64,000 nucleotides of DNA from Thermoanaerobaculia bacterium (GTDB lineage: Bacteria; Acidobacteriota; Thermoanaerobaculia; Multivoradales; JAGPDF01). The position numbers and the translations under genes were made by a program. The notes under the pieces are model-generated. The model had not been told where the DNA came from, ran no database searches, and saw only the letters and a program-made list of their open reading frames with translations. Shown here in pieces: positions 13,309 through 22,198 of the stretch (position 1 is the stretch's first letter; each line of letters begins with the position of its first letter). The DNA is taken from the NCBI GenBank assembly GCA_963821905.1, contig CAWGFP010000003.1, forward strand, positions 683 to 64,682, read 5' to 3'.

Positions 13309-13982
13309 TCACGAGTTCGGGCTCGCCTGTCGAATGCCGGATGTCGCGCCCTTCGACGTAGTAGATGACGTCTTCGGCGATGTTGGTGGCATGGTCGGCG
13401 ATGCGCTCGAGGTTGCGCGCGATCGAGCAGCAGGTGGAGCGCCCGGGTGACCGTCTTGGGGTCTTCGATCATGTAAGCTGAGCAGCTCGCGGAAGAGCTG
13501 CTTGTAGAGGCCGTCCACCTCGTCGTCGCGCCTGCAGACTTCGAGCGCCCGGGCGGCGTCGCGGCTGACGAAGCTGTCGAGCGCGTCGCGCACCATCTCG
13601 CGCGCTGATCTGGGCCATGCGCGGCAGATCGATGTAGGGCTTGAGCTGTGGCTCCTGGTTGAGAATCTCTACCGCTTGCGCGATGTTCACCGCCGAGTCG
13701 CCCATCCGTTCGAGGTCGGTTTCGATCTTCATCACCGCCACCAGGAACCGCAGGTCGCTCGCCGTCGGCTGGCGGGTGGCGAGCAGGGTGTGGCAGTCCT
13801 CGTCGATCTGCTTCTCCAGCAGGTCGACTTCGCGGTCGGTCTCGATCACGGCTGTCGGCGTGCACCTGGTCGCGCTCGACCAGGGCCTGCATGGCGCCGC
13901 CGATCATGCCCTCCACCAGTCCGCCCATGCGCAGCAGCGACTGGCGGACGCGGCTCATGTCTTGATCCAGATGTCGTTCCAT
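13309..13982 (-). CDS. phoU: Phosphate signalling regulator PhoU (indels)
   Basis: [63 protein letters not shown]. Confidence 0.93.
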
Positions 13983-14000
13983 CTTGGGAGTGTACTCCGT

Positions 14001-14048
14001 AAAAAGACCGGCCAGGACGCCGTTGCAGGCAAGCGGCGTCCCGGCCGG
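14001..14048 (-). terminator. Rho-independent terminator after porin gene
   Basis: Long GC stem (CCGGCCAGGACGCCG...CGGCGTCCCGGCCGG) followed by TCTTTTT on the minus strand. Confidence 0.7.
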
Positions 14049-14057
14049 GAGGGAGCT

Positions 14058-15353
14058 CTAGAAGGTGAAATAGAGGGTCAGCCGGACCAGCGTGTCGTCT
14101 TCGGGGTCGGCAGCGCTGGTGACCGACTTGTATTTCACGTGTTCGACGTTGGGAATGAGGTTGATCTTGGGGCCGATCGTCCAGTCGACGCCGACGATGT
14201 AGAGCTCAGACTCGGCGGTGTTGACCATCGGCAGGTAGGCGATACCCGAGGCGCCCGGGTTGGGATCCATCACGTTGTCGTAGCGCGCCAGCAAACTGAC
14301 CGTGGGCCTGACCTTGAAGACCACGAAGCCCGAGACCAGATCGATGTCGATGTCGGCGCGGCCGGGCTGGCTGCGAGTCTGACTGGTGTACTGCCCACCG
14401 AAGCGACCCCAGCCACCGGAGAAGCCGACGAAGCCCTGGTAGGTCGTGCGCTCTTCGTCCGCCGAGCGGTCTTCCTTGTCGCCGTAGACCTCGAAGAAGA
14501 GGTTGCTCGACGGATACCAACCGAGCGACAAGTAAGCCGCCTGACCCTCGTTATTCTCCTGCGGCACGTTGCCGCCGTTGGCGTACATGGCGTGATACTT
14601 GAACCTGCCGCCGGTGAATGCGCCCTTGAAACCCACGCCGAGATCGCGCGAGCCCTGCAGGCGCTGCAGATCGACCGGGGTCTTCTCGACCGAGCGATAG
14701 CCCCAGAAGTTCTCGATCACCTCGAAGGTGGGCGGCGGTGAGATGCCGGCGATCACCGAGAAGGCGTCGCTACGCTTGTAGTTCAGGTAGGCGTCCTTGA
14801 CGAACGGCGTGATGGGAGTGGTAGTGGTGAAGTCACCGGGGCTGTTCATCTCGAAACGCAACCGCGAGCTGAACTTGCTGTTGAAGGTGTAGTCGGCGGT
14901 GAGGTAAGCGCGCCGAATCCAGAAGCCGCCGTCGATGGCCTGCGCCGCCGGCAGGTGGTGATCGACGATGGCGTAGGCATCGCCGAAGATGTAGCCGCCG
15001 ACCTTCATCTTGTTGTACCAGGCGCCCGGGTCGTAGACCGGCGTCGCCGGCTTCGGCGTCGGCCGGTCGTAGCCCGGCAGATTGTGGCGGAACAGGTAGA
15101 GGTCGATTGCGGTCTCGTTTTCGGCGACCACGGTCTCGCCGTTGGGTCCGCGGCCGATCAGGGTGATCGCAATGCCCATGTCGCCGGACTCCTGCCAGAG
15201 GGCGTACTTCTCCGGCGTGTTGAAGACATAGACCCGGCCGTCCTTCTCGACCTCCTGGTAGTACAAACCCATGATCTGACCCTGGGCTGCGGGTGGCGGC
15301 GCCATCACGGCCAGCGCCAGGGCGCCGGCCAGCAGAAGTGCGATTCGACGCAT
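14058..15353 (-). CDS. Outer-membrane beta-barrel (putative phosphate porin) with extra N-terminal domain
   Basis: Signal peptide; porin-like segments GFWIRRAYLT, PFVKDAYLNY, SRDLGVG; C-terminal LYFTF; first gene of the porin-phoU-pst series. Confidence 0.8.
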   Translation of the reverse strand: MRRIALLLAGALALAVMAPPPAAQGQIMGLYYQEVEKDGRVYVFNTPEKYALWQESGDMGIAITLIGRGPNGETVVAENETAIDLYLFRHNLPGYDRPTPKPATPVYDPGAWYNKMKVGGYIFGDAYAIVDHHLPAAQAIDGGFWIRRAYLTADYTFNSKFSSRLRFEMNSPGDFTTTTPITPFVKDAYLNYKRSDAFSVIAGISPPPTFEVIENFWGYRSVEKTPVDLQRLQGSRDLGVGFKGAFTGGRFKYHAMYANGGNVPQENNEGQAAYLSLGWYPSSNLFFEVYGDKEDRSADEERTTYQGFVGFSGGWGRFGGQYTSQTRSQPGRADIDIDLVSGFVVFKVRPTVSLLARYDNVMDPNPGASGIAYLPMVNTAESELYIVGVDWTIGPKINLIPNVEHVKYKSVTSAADPEDDTLVRLTLYFTF

Positions 15354-15463
15354 TTGCGATCTCTCCTCTTCCCTCGTTGGCTACATGGAGGCGCCGCGGG
15401 CGCCTGCGAAACGTTACCGAGGCAGAGGCTAGAAAGAAGGCCCGTCGGAGGCGCGGCGGATCT

Positions 15464-15481
15464 GTGACAGACGTGCAACAG
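15464..15481 (-). promoter_or_regulatory. Pho-box-like repeat upstream of porin
   Basis: Minus strand CTGTTGC-acgt-CTGTCAC, 11-bp period. Confidence 0.55.
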
Positions 15482-15565
15482 GCGCCGCGGCGGTCACACT
15501 TTGGACTCCGGCCGCCTATCTCGGATGGCGGGCGAATGCACGCCCCCGATTCGAGGAGACTCCCG

Positions 15566-15709
15566 ATGCGTAGAAAGCTGGCTTGGTTGGCGCTGGCGGC
15601 GGTTCTGGCAGTGCCGGCGTCGCTGGCCTGGGCGGCGGCCGGTGGCGAGACGGACACGAAGGAGCACTCGTCCTGCTGCTGCTGCGACACCTCCTGTCCC
15701 AAGAAGTAG
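15566..15709 (+). CDS. 47-aa secreted Cys-rich peptide
   Basis: GAGGAG RBS. MRRKLAWLALAAVLAVPASLAWA signal peptide followed by AAGGETDTKEHSSCCCCDTSCPKK. Ends 10 nt before the ECF sigma start. Confidence 0.7.
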   Translation: MRRKLAWLALAAVLAVPASLAWAAAGGETDTKEHSSCCCCDTSCPKK

Positions 15710-15719
15710 GCTCCACCGG

Positions 15720-16256
15720 GTGGAGCGCAGCGAACGAGACACTCTGCAGCGCGACATGGTTGCGCTCGCGGACGGCGACCGCGAGGCGTTCCACCCGGTA
15801 TTCGTGCGTCTCTGGCCCTTGCTGCGCGGCTTCGCGGCGCGGGCGCTCGACGACCGCGACGCCGACGATGTGGCGCAGGAGGCTCTACTGCGCGTCTTCT
15901 CGCGGGCGAGCGAGTTCGACCGCGAGCGCGACGCGCTCTCTTGGGTTTTGGGCATCGCCGCCTACGAGGTCCGCACCGCCCGCCAACGCCGTCGCCGGCG
16001 CCGGGAGAACGCGGGCCAGCCGATTCCCGAACGTCCGGCGAAGGAGCCCTCCGCCGAGACCGCGGTGATGCGCTCGGAAGCGGAGCGTCAGCTGGCCGAC
16101 GCCCTCGCCACCCTGCGCCCCGAGGAATGCGCCACGCTACTCGCCTACGCCCGTGGCGAGCGCCCGAGCCTGCCCGGACCGACCTTCCGCAAACGCGTGG
16201 AGAGGGCGCTGCGCCGATTGCGCTCCGCCTGGAGGACAGCCCATGGAATCGATTGA
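15720..16256 (+). CDS. ECF sigma factor
   Basis: LADGDREAF, DADDVAQEALLRVF, LSWVLGIA, LADALATLRPEE, RKRVERALRRLR. Confidence 0.88.
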   Translation: MERSERDTLQRDMVALADGDREAFHPVFVRLWPLLRGFAARALDDRDADDVAQEALLRVFSRASEFDRERDALSWVLGIAAYEVRTARQRRRRRRENAGQPIPERPAKEPSAETAVMRSEAERQLADALATLRPEECATLLAYARGERPSLPGPTFRKRVERALRRLRSAWRTAHGID

Positions 16257-16767
16257 GCTCGCCGGCTTCGCCCGCTCCACCTACGAACGCGGGCGCTGGC
16301 TGTGGGCGTCCCGCCGCGGCATCGCCGCGGCGGGTGCGGCGGCGCTGACCCTCTACGCTTGCCCGCACGCGGCCAGCGCGGCGGTTTGCATCACCGGGCT
16401 GGGCATCGCAGTGACGGCTTTCCTGGCCCGCGGTCAGGCGTCCGCGGCCGGGGCGCGCCTCGGCATGATCGCCGGCCTGGCGCCATGCTTCCTGCCCGCA
16501 CTCCTCCGGCTCACCGGTCTGTGCACCCTCAGCGGCGGCGGCGATCTCTCGATGCTGGCCTGCGCTACCGGCGGGTTGCTGGCGGGGATCGTGCTCGGAG
16601 CCAGCGTCACTCCCGGCCGGCCCCCCGCGTTCTGGCTTGCGGCCGGGACCGTCGTGCTCCTCGCCGGCGGCGTGGGGTGTCTGCCAGTGGGCGTGCTGGG
16701 ACTCGGCGGATTGGTCCTCGGCACGGCATTGGGCGTCGCGCCGGCGTTGGTGCGACGACTGGCTTGA
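16243..16767 (+). CDS. Multi-pass membrane protein with several Cys (putative anti-sigma factor)
   Basis: Overlaps the sigma 3' end; GGAGG RBS; 5-6 hydrophobic segments carrying 6 Cys. Confidence 0.7.
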   Translation: MESIELAGFARSTYERGRWLWASRRGIAAAGAAALTLYACPHAASAAVCITGLGIAVTAFLARGQASAAGARLGMIAGLAPCFLPALLRLTGLCTLSGGGDLSMLACATGGLLAGIVLGASVTPGRPPAFWLAAGTVVLLAGGVGCLPVGVLGLGGLVLGTALGVAPALVRRLA

Positions 16768-16772
16768 AAGGT

Positions 16773-17276
16773 TTACGACTTGCCCGGGTCTGACTTCAGG
16801 GAATGCCGCATTCGGCCCAGCAGGACGTTGAGAAAGTTGTCGCGTCCGAGGAACCCGAAAACCGGCGACCGGCGACTGCCCAGATCCTTGCGCAGAGTGA
16901 CCAGCTCGCTATGGTCGGGATCGATCTGCAGGCCGCGAGTGATCGCCTCGATCGCCTTCTTGCGGTTGCCGTTGAGCAACAGCGTGCGTGCCAGGTTGAG
17001 CTGGTTGTCGGGCTGGTAGAACTCGACCTTCACCGCGTGCTCGCACAGCGCCAGGCCTTCGCGGCGCTTGCCCTTGAACTTGGCGATGCCGTAGCCGAGG
17101 TACGAATACATCAGGCTCGACACCTCGCCCGAGCTCTTGCGGTCCGCGGCGGCGGCCAATCGCTCGATGCCCTGGTTCCAGTGTCCCTCGCGACAGAGGG
17201 TGACGCCTTCGCTGATCAGACGTGCGATATCCACCGAGTGAATTCTCGCTCCGGATGCTAATCGACCGTCCGACAT
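16773..17276 (-). CDS. TPR-repeat protein
   Basis: YSYLGYGIA..GLALCEHAV..FYQPDNQLNLARTLL..AIEAITRGLQIDPDH. Confidence 0.75.
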   Translation of the reverse strand: MSDGRLASGARIHSVDIARLISEGVTLCREGHWNQGIERLAAAADRKSSGEVSSLMYSYLGYGIAKFKGKRREGLALCEHAVKVEFYQPDNQLNLARTLLLNGNRKKAIEAITRGLQIDPDHSELVTLRKDLGSRRSPVFGFLGRDNFLNVLLGRMRHSLKSDPGKS

Positions 17277-17347
17277 GAGGCAAACCCTCTGCGAGAACCG
17301 TGCCCGAGGCAGCGTGGTAGACTTCGAACTTCGACCAGCGCCGGACG

Positions 17348-19123
17348 ATGAGCAAGACCCCGATCCCTCCCCTCGACATCGAGGAACTGGCGGAGCTCGC
17401 CCGCCGTTTCGCCGATCGCGGCGCGCACGAAGAAGCCGCCGAGCTCTACCGCCTGGCGCTCAGTCTCGACCCCAAGAACCTAGGCTTCAAGGTGACACTG
17501 GCTCAATTGCGCCGGCTGCAGCAGCAGGACCGTTCGCGCGGCGAACGCGATCCGCGGGTGGCGGTGCGCGAGGAGGCGCGGCGCAACGCCATCGACGCGG
17601 CGCATTTCCTGGGCCTGGCGCATCTCTACGCCGAAAAGGGCGAGCACGGCCGGGCGATCGAATGCCTGCAGGTGGCGAAGGCGAAGGACGTGGCCAACCC
17701 GGCGCCGTACAAGCTGCACGGCAGGGTGCTTTACCGGCGCGGCGATTTCGACGGCGCGGCGGAGGAATTCCGGCGCGCGCTGCGCTTCAATCCCTTCGAC
17801 CGCGAAACCGCCGAGCAGCTCGGCCGCGCCGAGTACGAGCGGCGCCAGTTCCAGGCTTCGCTCGGCGCCTGCATCGATTCCTATCTGCTGCTCCACGAGG
17901 CGGATTCCGAGGGCGCCGATCGCCTCCGGCGCCGCATCCGCACCCTGCGTCGCGCGCTGGGCTGGGACAGCCAGCGGCTGGTCGAGCTGTTCCACGAGCG
18001 CCAGGAAGGACTGCGCGTCGCATTCGAGCGGCTGGAGTGGCGGCGCGAGCTCTTTCGCGAAGAGGGCGAGGCCGCCGAGCGCGGCCTGCTGCACGCCCCC
18101 GCCGGGCTGCGCAGAGGCGCGGGCACCCTCGACGTCGCCACCCGCCTGCGCCGGGTCGAGCTGTTCACCCACCTGCTCGATGAGCAGATCTACGCGCTCA
18201 CCGGCGCGGTGCAGCCGGAGTACTACGAAAAGGGCGCGCTCATCTTTTCGCACGGTTCGAGCGGCGCCGATCTCTACCTCCTCGAGCGGGGCGAGATCAC
18301 CATCCGCAGACCGACGTCCTACGGCATCTTCACCCTCGGCATCCTCGGCGTCGGCGAGGTCTTCGGCGAAGTCAACTTCATCAGCCGCTATCACCGCTCG
18401 GGCGACGCGGTGGCGAGCCAGCCGTGCGAGCTGCTGCGCTTCCAGGCCGCCGACCTCGACCGCCTGATCGCCGAGTTTCCCGACCTCGGTGTGCAGCTCT
18501 ACTGGTGCTTCTGGCACGGCCTGGCGCAGAAGCTGCGTTCGACCAACGCCCAGCTGGCGAGCTTTTTCTCCGCCGACTCGAATCCCGAGAACTTCCTGCG
18601 CCTGCGGCGCTCCAAGGTTACGACGGCCGGAAAGGCGCAGGTCGACTCGAACGACAAGATCCGCCTCTTCCGCGAACAGGGGCTGTCGGGCAAGGAGCTC
18701 GACGCACTCGCCACCTTCTCGAAAGAGAAGCGGTTCCCCGGCGGCGCCTATATTTTCCAGGAGGGGGATCCCGGCGACGAGATGTACGTCGTCGTCGATG
18801 GCAAGGCGCGGATCTCGAAGTTCATCCCCGGCGGCGGGGAGGAAGCGCTCGCCATCCTGGAGCGCGGCGATTTCTTCGGCGAGATGTCGCTCATCGACGG
18901 CCAGCCGCGCTCGGCCGACGCCCGCGCCCACGGCGGCCCGCTGACCGTGCTGGCGCTCGATCAGCCGACCGTCCACGAGGTGCTGAGCATGGATCCGCAG
19001 GCCTCGCTCGACTTCCTGCGCCTGCTCTGCCGGCTGGTCGCCAAGCGCCTGCGAGAGATCGACGAGAAGGTGGTCTCGTGGCGAATCATGGCCGGCGAGC
19101 GCAGCGAGACCGAGACCGCCTGA
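17348..19123 (+). CDS. TPR + tandem cyclic-nucleotide-binding domain protein
   Basis: N-terminal TPRs; two CNB domains (GEVFGEVNFISRYHRSGDAVA; GDFFGEMSLIDGQPRSADARA); no HTH. Confidence 0.88.
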   Translation: MSKTPIPPLDIEELAELARRFADRGAHEEAAELYRLALSLDPKNLGFKVTLAQLRRLQQQDRSRGERDPRVAVREEARRNAIDAAHFLGLAHLYAEKGEHGRAIECLQVAKAKDVANPAPYKLHGRVLYRRGDFDGAAEEFRRALRFNPFDRETAEQLGRAEYERRQFQASLGACIDSYLLLHEADSEGADRLRRRIRTLRRALGWDSQRLVELFHERQEGLRVAFERLEWRRELFREEGEAAERGLLHAPAGLRRGAGTLDVATRLRRVELFTHLLDEQIYALTGAVQPEYYEKGALIFSHGSSGADLYLLERGEITIRRPTSYGIFTLGILGVGEVFGEVNFISRYHRSGDAVASQPCELLRFQAADLDRLIAEFPDLGVQLYWCFWHGLAQKLRSTNAQLASFFSADSNPENFLRLRRSKVTTAGKAQVDSNDKIRLFREQGLSGKELDALATFSKEKRFPGGAYIFQEGDPGDEMYVVVDGKARISKFIPGGGEEALAILERGDFFGEMSLIDGQPRSADARAHGGPLTVLALDQPTVHEVLSMDPQASLDFLRLLCRLVAKRLREIDEKVVSWRIMAGERSETETA

Positions 19124-19160
19124 GCGGTCCTCGATTCATCCGCCAGCAGCGAGATCGATC

Positions 19161-20324
19161 TTGACCGGCGCGGACGTCGTCATCGTCGGCGGCGGGGTGA
19201 TGGGGGCGAGCGTCGCATGGCACCTGGCGCGCCGTGGATTGCACGACGTCGTGGTGCTCGACGCCGGCTGGGCGCCCGGCGCCGGATCGACGAGTCGCGC
19301 GACCGGCGGCTATCGCGCCCAGTACGGCTCGGCGATCAACGTGCGCCTGTCTCTCCTGTCGCGCGACAAGCTTCGGGCTTTCGCCGACGAGGTGGGCCGC
19401 GACTCCGGTTACCTGCCGGCCGGCTACCTCTGGTTGGCGCAAGACCAAGCCCAGCTCGCCAAGCTCGAAACGACGCTCGGCGTGCAGCGTGCCGCCGGAC
19501 TGGCCGAAGCGCGCATGCTGTCGCCCCGCAAAATCGCCGAGGTCAATCCGGCCGTCGCGCTCGACGATATCGTCGGCGCCGCCTTCTGCCCGACCGACGG
19601 CTTCATCCGGCCGCTCGAGATTCTCAACGGCTATCTCGACGGCGCGAGGCAGATGGGCGTGCGCATCGTCTGGGGCGCTGAGGTGCGAGGCTTCGGCTTC
19701 GACGCCCACGAGCGTATCGTGACAGTCGAGACCTCACAGGGCCGCCTCAGCGCCGGCCGGGTCGTGAACGCCGCGGGTCCCTGGGCTGGCGAGATCGCGA
19801 AGCTCGCTGGCGTCGACCTGCCGGTCTGGCCGCTGCGCCGTCAGGTCGCGGCGACGGTGCCGACCGACGCGCTCCCGGCAGACATGCCGATGACGATCTT
19901 CTGCGGCGACGGTTTCCATTTGCGGGTCCGCGACAGACGCGTGCTGCTCCTCTGGCCGATCGCTGGCGTCGAAGGCGCGCCCTTCGACACCCGCGTCGAA
20001 GACTCCTGGATCGCCGAAGTCGTCGCCAAGGCGCACCGCCACATCCCGGTCCTGCGCCACGTGGCGATCGACCGCGCCGCCTGCTGGGGCGGGCTGTACG
20101 AAATGTCGCCCGACAAGCACGCCGTACTCGGTCCGGCGCTGGAGTGCGAGAACTTCTACTTGATCAACGGCTCATCGGGCCACGGCGTGATGCACGCGCC
20201 CGCCTTGGGCCAGCTGCTCGCCGAGATCCTGCTCGATGGACGCGCGACGGCCCTCGACGCGACAGCGTTGCGGCCGACGCGTTTTCTCGAGAACGATCTC
20301 AATCCGGCTATGGGGCTTCTCTAA
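19161..20324 (+). CDS. FAD-dependent oxidoreductase (DAO/sarcosine oxidase beta family)
   Basis: DVVIVGGGVMGAS, GSTSRATGG, VVNAAGPWA, WGGLYEMSPD, GSSGHGVMHAPALG. Confidence 0.9.
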   Translation: MTGADVVIVGGGVMGASVAWHLARRGLHDVVVLDAGWAPGAGSTSRATGGYRAQYGSAINVRLSLLSRDKLRAFADEVGRDSGYLPAGYLWLAQDQAQLAKLETTLGVQRAAGLAEARMLSPRKIAEVNPAVALDDIVGAAFCPTDGFIRPLEILNGYLDGARQMGVRIVWGAEVRGFGFDAHERIVTVETSQGRLSAGRVVNAAGPWAGEIAKLAGVDLPVWPLRRQVAATVPTDALPADMPMTIFCGDGFHLRVRDRRVLLLWPIAGVEGAPFDTRVEDSWIAEVVAKAHRHIPVLRHVAIDRAACWGGLYEMSPDKHAVLGPALECENFYLINGSSGHGVMHAPALGQLLAEILLDGRATALDATALRPTRFLENDLNPAMGLL

Positions 20325-21574
20325 TTCGCGCGCCCCGGTAACCCGACCGTCACCTTGAGCTTCTCGAGATCGAGATGCCGGCGCGCCGCTGCCTCGACCG
20401 TCGCCCGGTCGAGAGCCCGGTAGCGGGCCGAGGTCCAGGCGGGATCCTCGAGCGGCTGGCCGTAGATCTCGCTTTCGGCGAGGAGATCCGCCCACTGGCG
20501 CGCGGCTTCCCGGCGGAAAGGCTCGCGGCCGAGAAGGTACGAGCGCGCCTCGTCCACTTCGCCGTCGGTCAGCCCGTCGGCGAGCAGCCGTGCGAGCTCC
20601 TCGCGCGCTCCCTGCTCGGCCCGCGCGACTTTGTCGGGCGAGGTGCCGACGTAGATCACCAGCCGGCCGGGATCGATGCCGGCGCCGGCGGCGGCCGAGC
20701 CGACCGCGGTGTAGGCGAGGCCGTCGCGCTCGCGGATACGCGTCGGGATGCGGCCCGCCAGGCCGCTGCCCGCTCCGAGCACCACCGAAAGCAGCTCGAG
20801 GGCGGGAAAATCCGCATCGATCCGGCGGGCGGTCAGCTGACCGAGATAGAGATGGGCTTGGTCGGCGGCGCCGGTGAGAACTTCGCGGCGTTCCGCCGAC
20901 GCGCTCTTCGGCGCCGGCGGCGGCAGCGCCGCGACGCGCTCGCCGGCGAGCGCGGCGAAACGGTCGAGGATGCGCGCCACGACCGCGTCCTCGTCGATCG
21001 CGCCGGCCACCGTCACCAGCACTCCGCTCTCGAGGCCGCGGCGGTGAAAGTCCGCGCATTCCTGCGCCGTGAGCCGCGCCAGATTCTCGGCATCGCCCTG
21101 CAGCGGCCGGCCGAGCGGATTGGGCGCATACAGCTGATCCAGGAAGCCCCAACCCGCGAGCACGTCCGCCTGATCGGCCAGGCTCTCCAACTCGCCCTGC
21201 GCCTGACGGCGCAGCCAGGCGCAGCGCTCGTCGGGAAAAGCCGACTCGAGCAGCAGCTCCGCCACCCAGTCCACCGCCAACTCCCAGTCCTGGGCCAGCG
21301 CGTCGCAGGAAACACCGTGCGTTTCGTAACCGCCGAAGCCGTTCAGCGCCATGCCACGCGCTTCCGCGTCCTCGGCAATGGCGTGGAAGTCGCGCCGCAC
21401 CGTGCCCTCGCCCAGCAGCCGCCCGGTGATGAGCGCGGTGCCGGGTCGCGTCTCGGCGCGCGCACCGCCGCGCACCCAGGCACGCAGCGCCACCACCGCC
21501 GCGCCCTCGAGACGCCGGGCGCGCGCCACCAACCGGGGGCTTCCCCCAGTACGGCTGGGGGCACAGCCGCTCAT
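20321..21574 (-). CDS. M16 peptidase family, non-catalytic subunit
   Basis: M16 fold motifs (GTALITGRLLGEGT, IRERDGLAY) without HxxEH. Confidence 0.82.
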   Translation of the reverse strand: MSGCAPSRTGGSPRLVARARRLEGAAVVALRAWVRGGARAETRPGTALITGRLLGEGTVRRDFHAIAEDAEARGMALNGFGGYETHGVSCDALAQDWELAVDWVAELLLESAFPDERCAWLRRQAQGELESLADQADVLAGWGFLDQLYAPNPLGRPLQGDAENLARLTAQECADFHRRGLESGVLVTVAGAIDEDAVVARILDRFAALAGERVAALPPPAPKSASAERREVLTGAADQAHLYLGQLTARRIDADFPALELLSVVLGAGSGLAGRIPTRIRERDGLAYTAVGSAAAGAGIDPGRLVIYVGTSPDKVARAEQGAREELARLLADGLTDGEVDEARSYLLGREPFRREAARQWADLLAESEIYGQPLEDPAWTSARYRALDRATVEAAARRHLDLEKLKVTVGLPGRAN

Positions 21575-22194
21575 GAGTCGGGGAACAGCGCCCGATAGTC
21601 GTCGCGGCTGCGCTGGATGACCTCGTGCGCTTCGGCGCGGCCGTAGGTGCCGGCGATCTCGACCACCCGGCTTTCCGCGGTGTCTGGATCCAGCTTGTAA
21701 GTCAGGAAGTAATGGCGCAGGCGGCCGAGCAGCGCCGCCGGCACTTCGGCGAGCTCGCGCAGCGAGCCGTAGGCCGCGTCGCCGGCGAGCACAGCCACGA
21801 TCTTGTCGTCCGCCTGGTCGCCGTCGATCATGCGCAAGCCGCCCAACGGCACCGCCTGAAGAAGGATGTCGCCGTGCGTCACCGCCCGCTCCGAGAGCAC
21901 GCAGATGTCCATCGGGTCGCCGTCGCCGACGATGCGCGCTCGTCCGGTGCGCTCGCTGCACAACGCGCCGACGCGCTCGCCGCAGTAGGTTTGCGGAATG
22001 AATCCGTAGAGCGTCGGACAGACGTTGGAGAACTTCTGCGGGCGGTCGACCTTGAGGTACCCCGAGGCCTTGTCGATCTCGTACTTGACGGTGTCGGTGG
22101 GCACGATCTCGATGTACACGGTGAGGCGCTCGGGCGCTTGGGGTCCGATGTCGACACCGTGCCAGGGATGGGGCCGGAAGCGCTGCCGATCCAT
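21571..22194 (-). CDS. ppa: Family I inorganic pyrophosphatase
   Basis: HPWHG, YIEI, VKYEIDKASGYLKVDR, YGFIPQT, GDGDPMDICVL, MIDGDQADDKIVAV, HYFLTYK. Confidence 0.93.
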   Translation of the reverse strand: MDRQRFRPHPWHGVDIGPQAPERLTVYIEIVPTDTVKYEIDKASGYLKVDRPQKFSNVCPTLYGFIPQTYCGERVGALCSERTGRARIVGDGDPMDICVLSERAVTHGDILLQAVPLGGLRMIDGDQADDKIVAVLAGDAAYGSLRELAEVPAALLGRLRHYFLTYKLDPDTAESRVVEIAGTYGRAEAHEVIQRSRDDYRALFPDS

Positions 22195-22198
22195 CGTG

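Noticed and set aside
12171-13982. Apparent PhoU-PstS fusion (603 aa)
   Set aside because: Indel artefact. pstS has its own RBS and Pho box, and phoU ends near 13309 in another frame.
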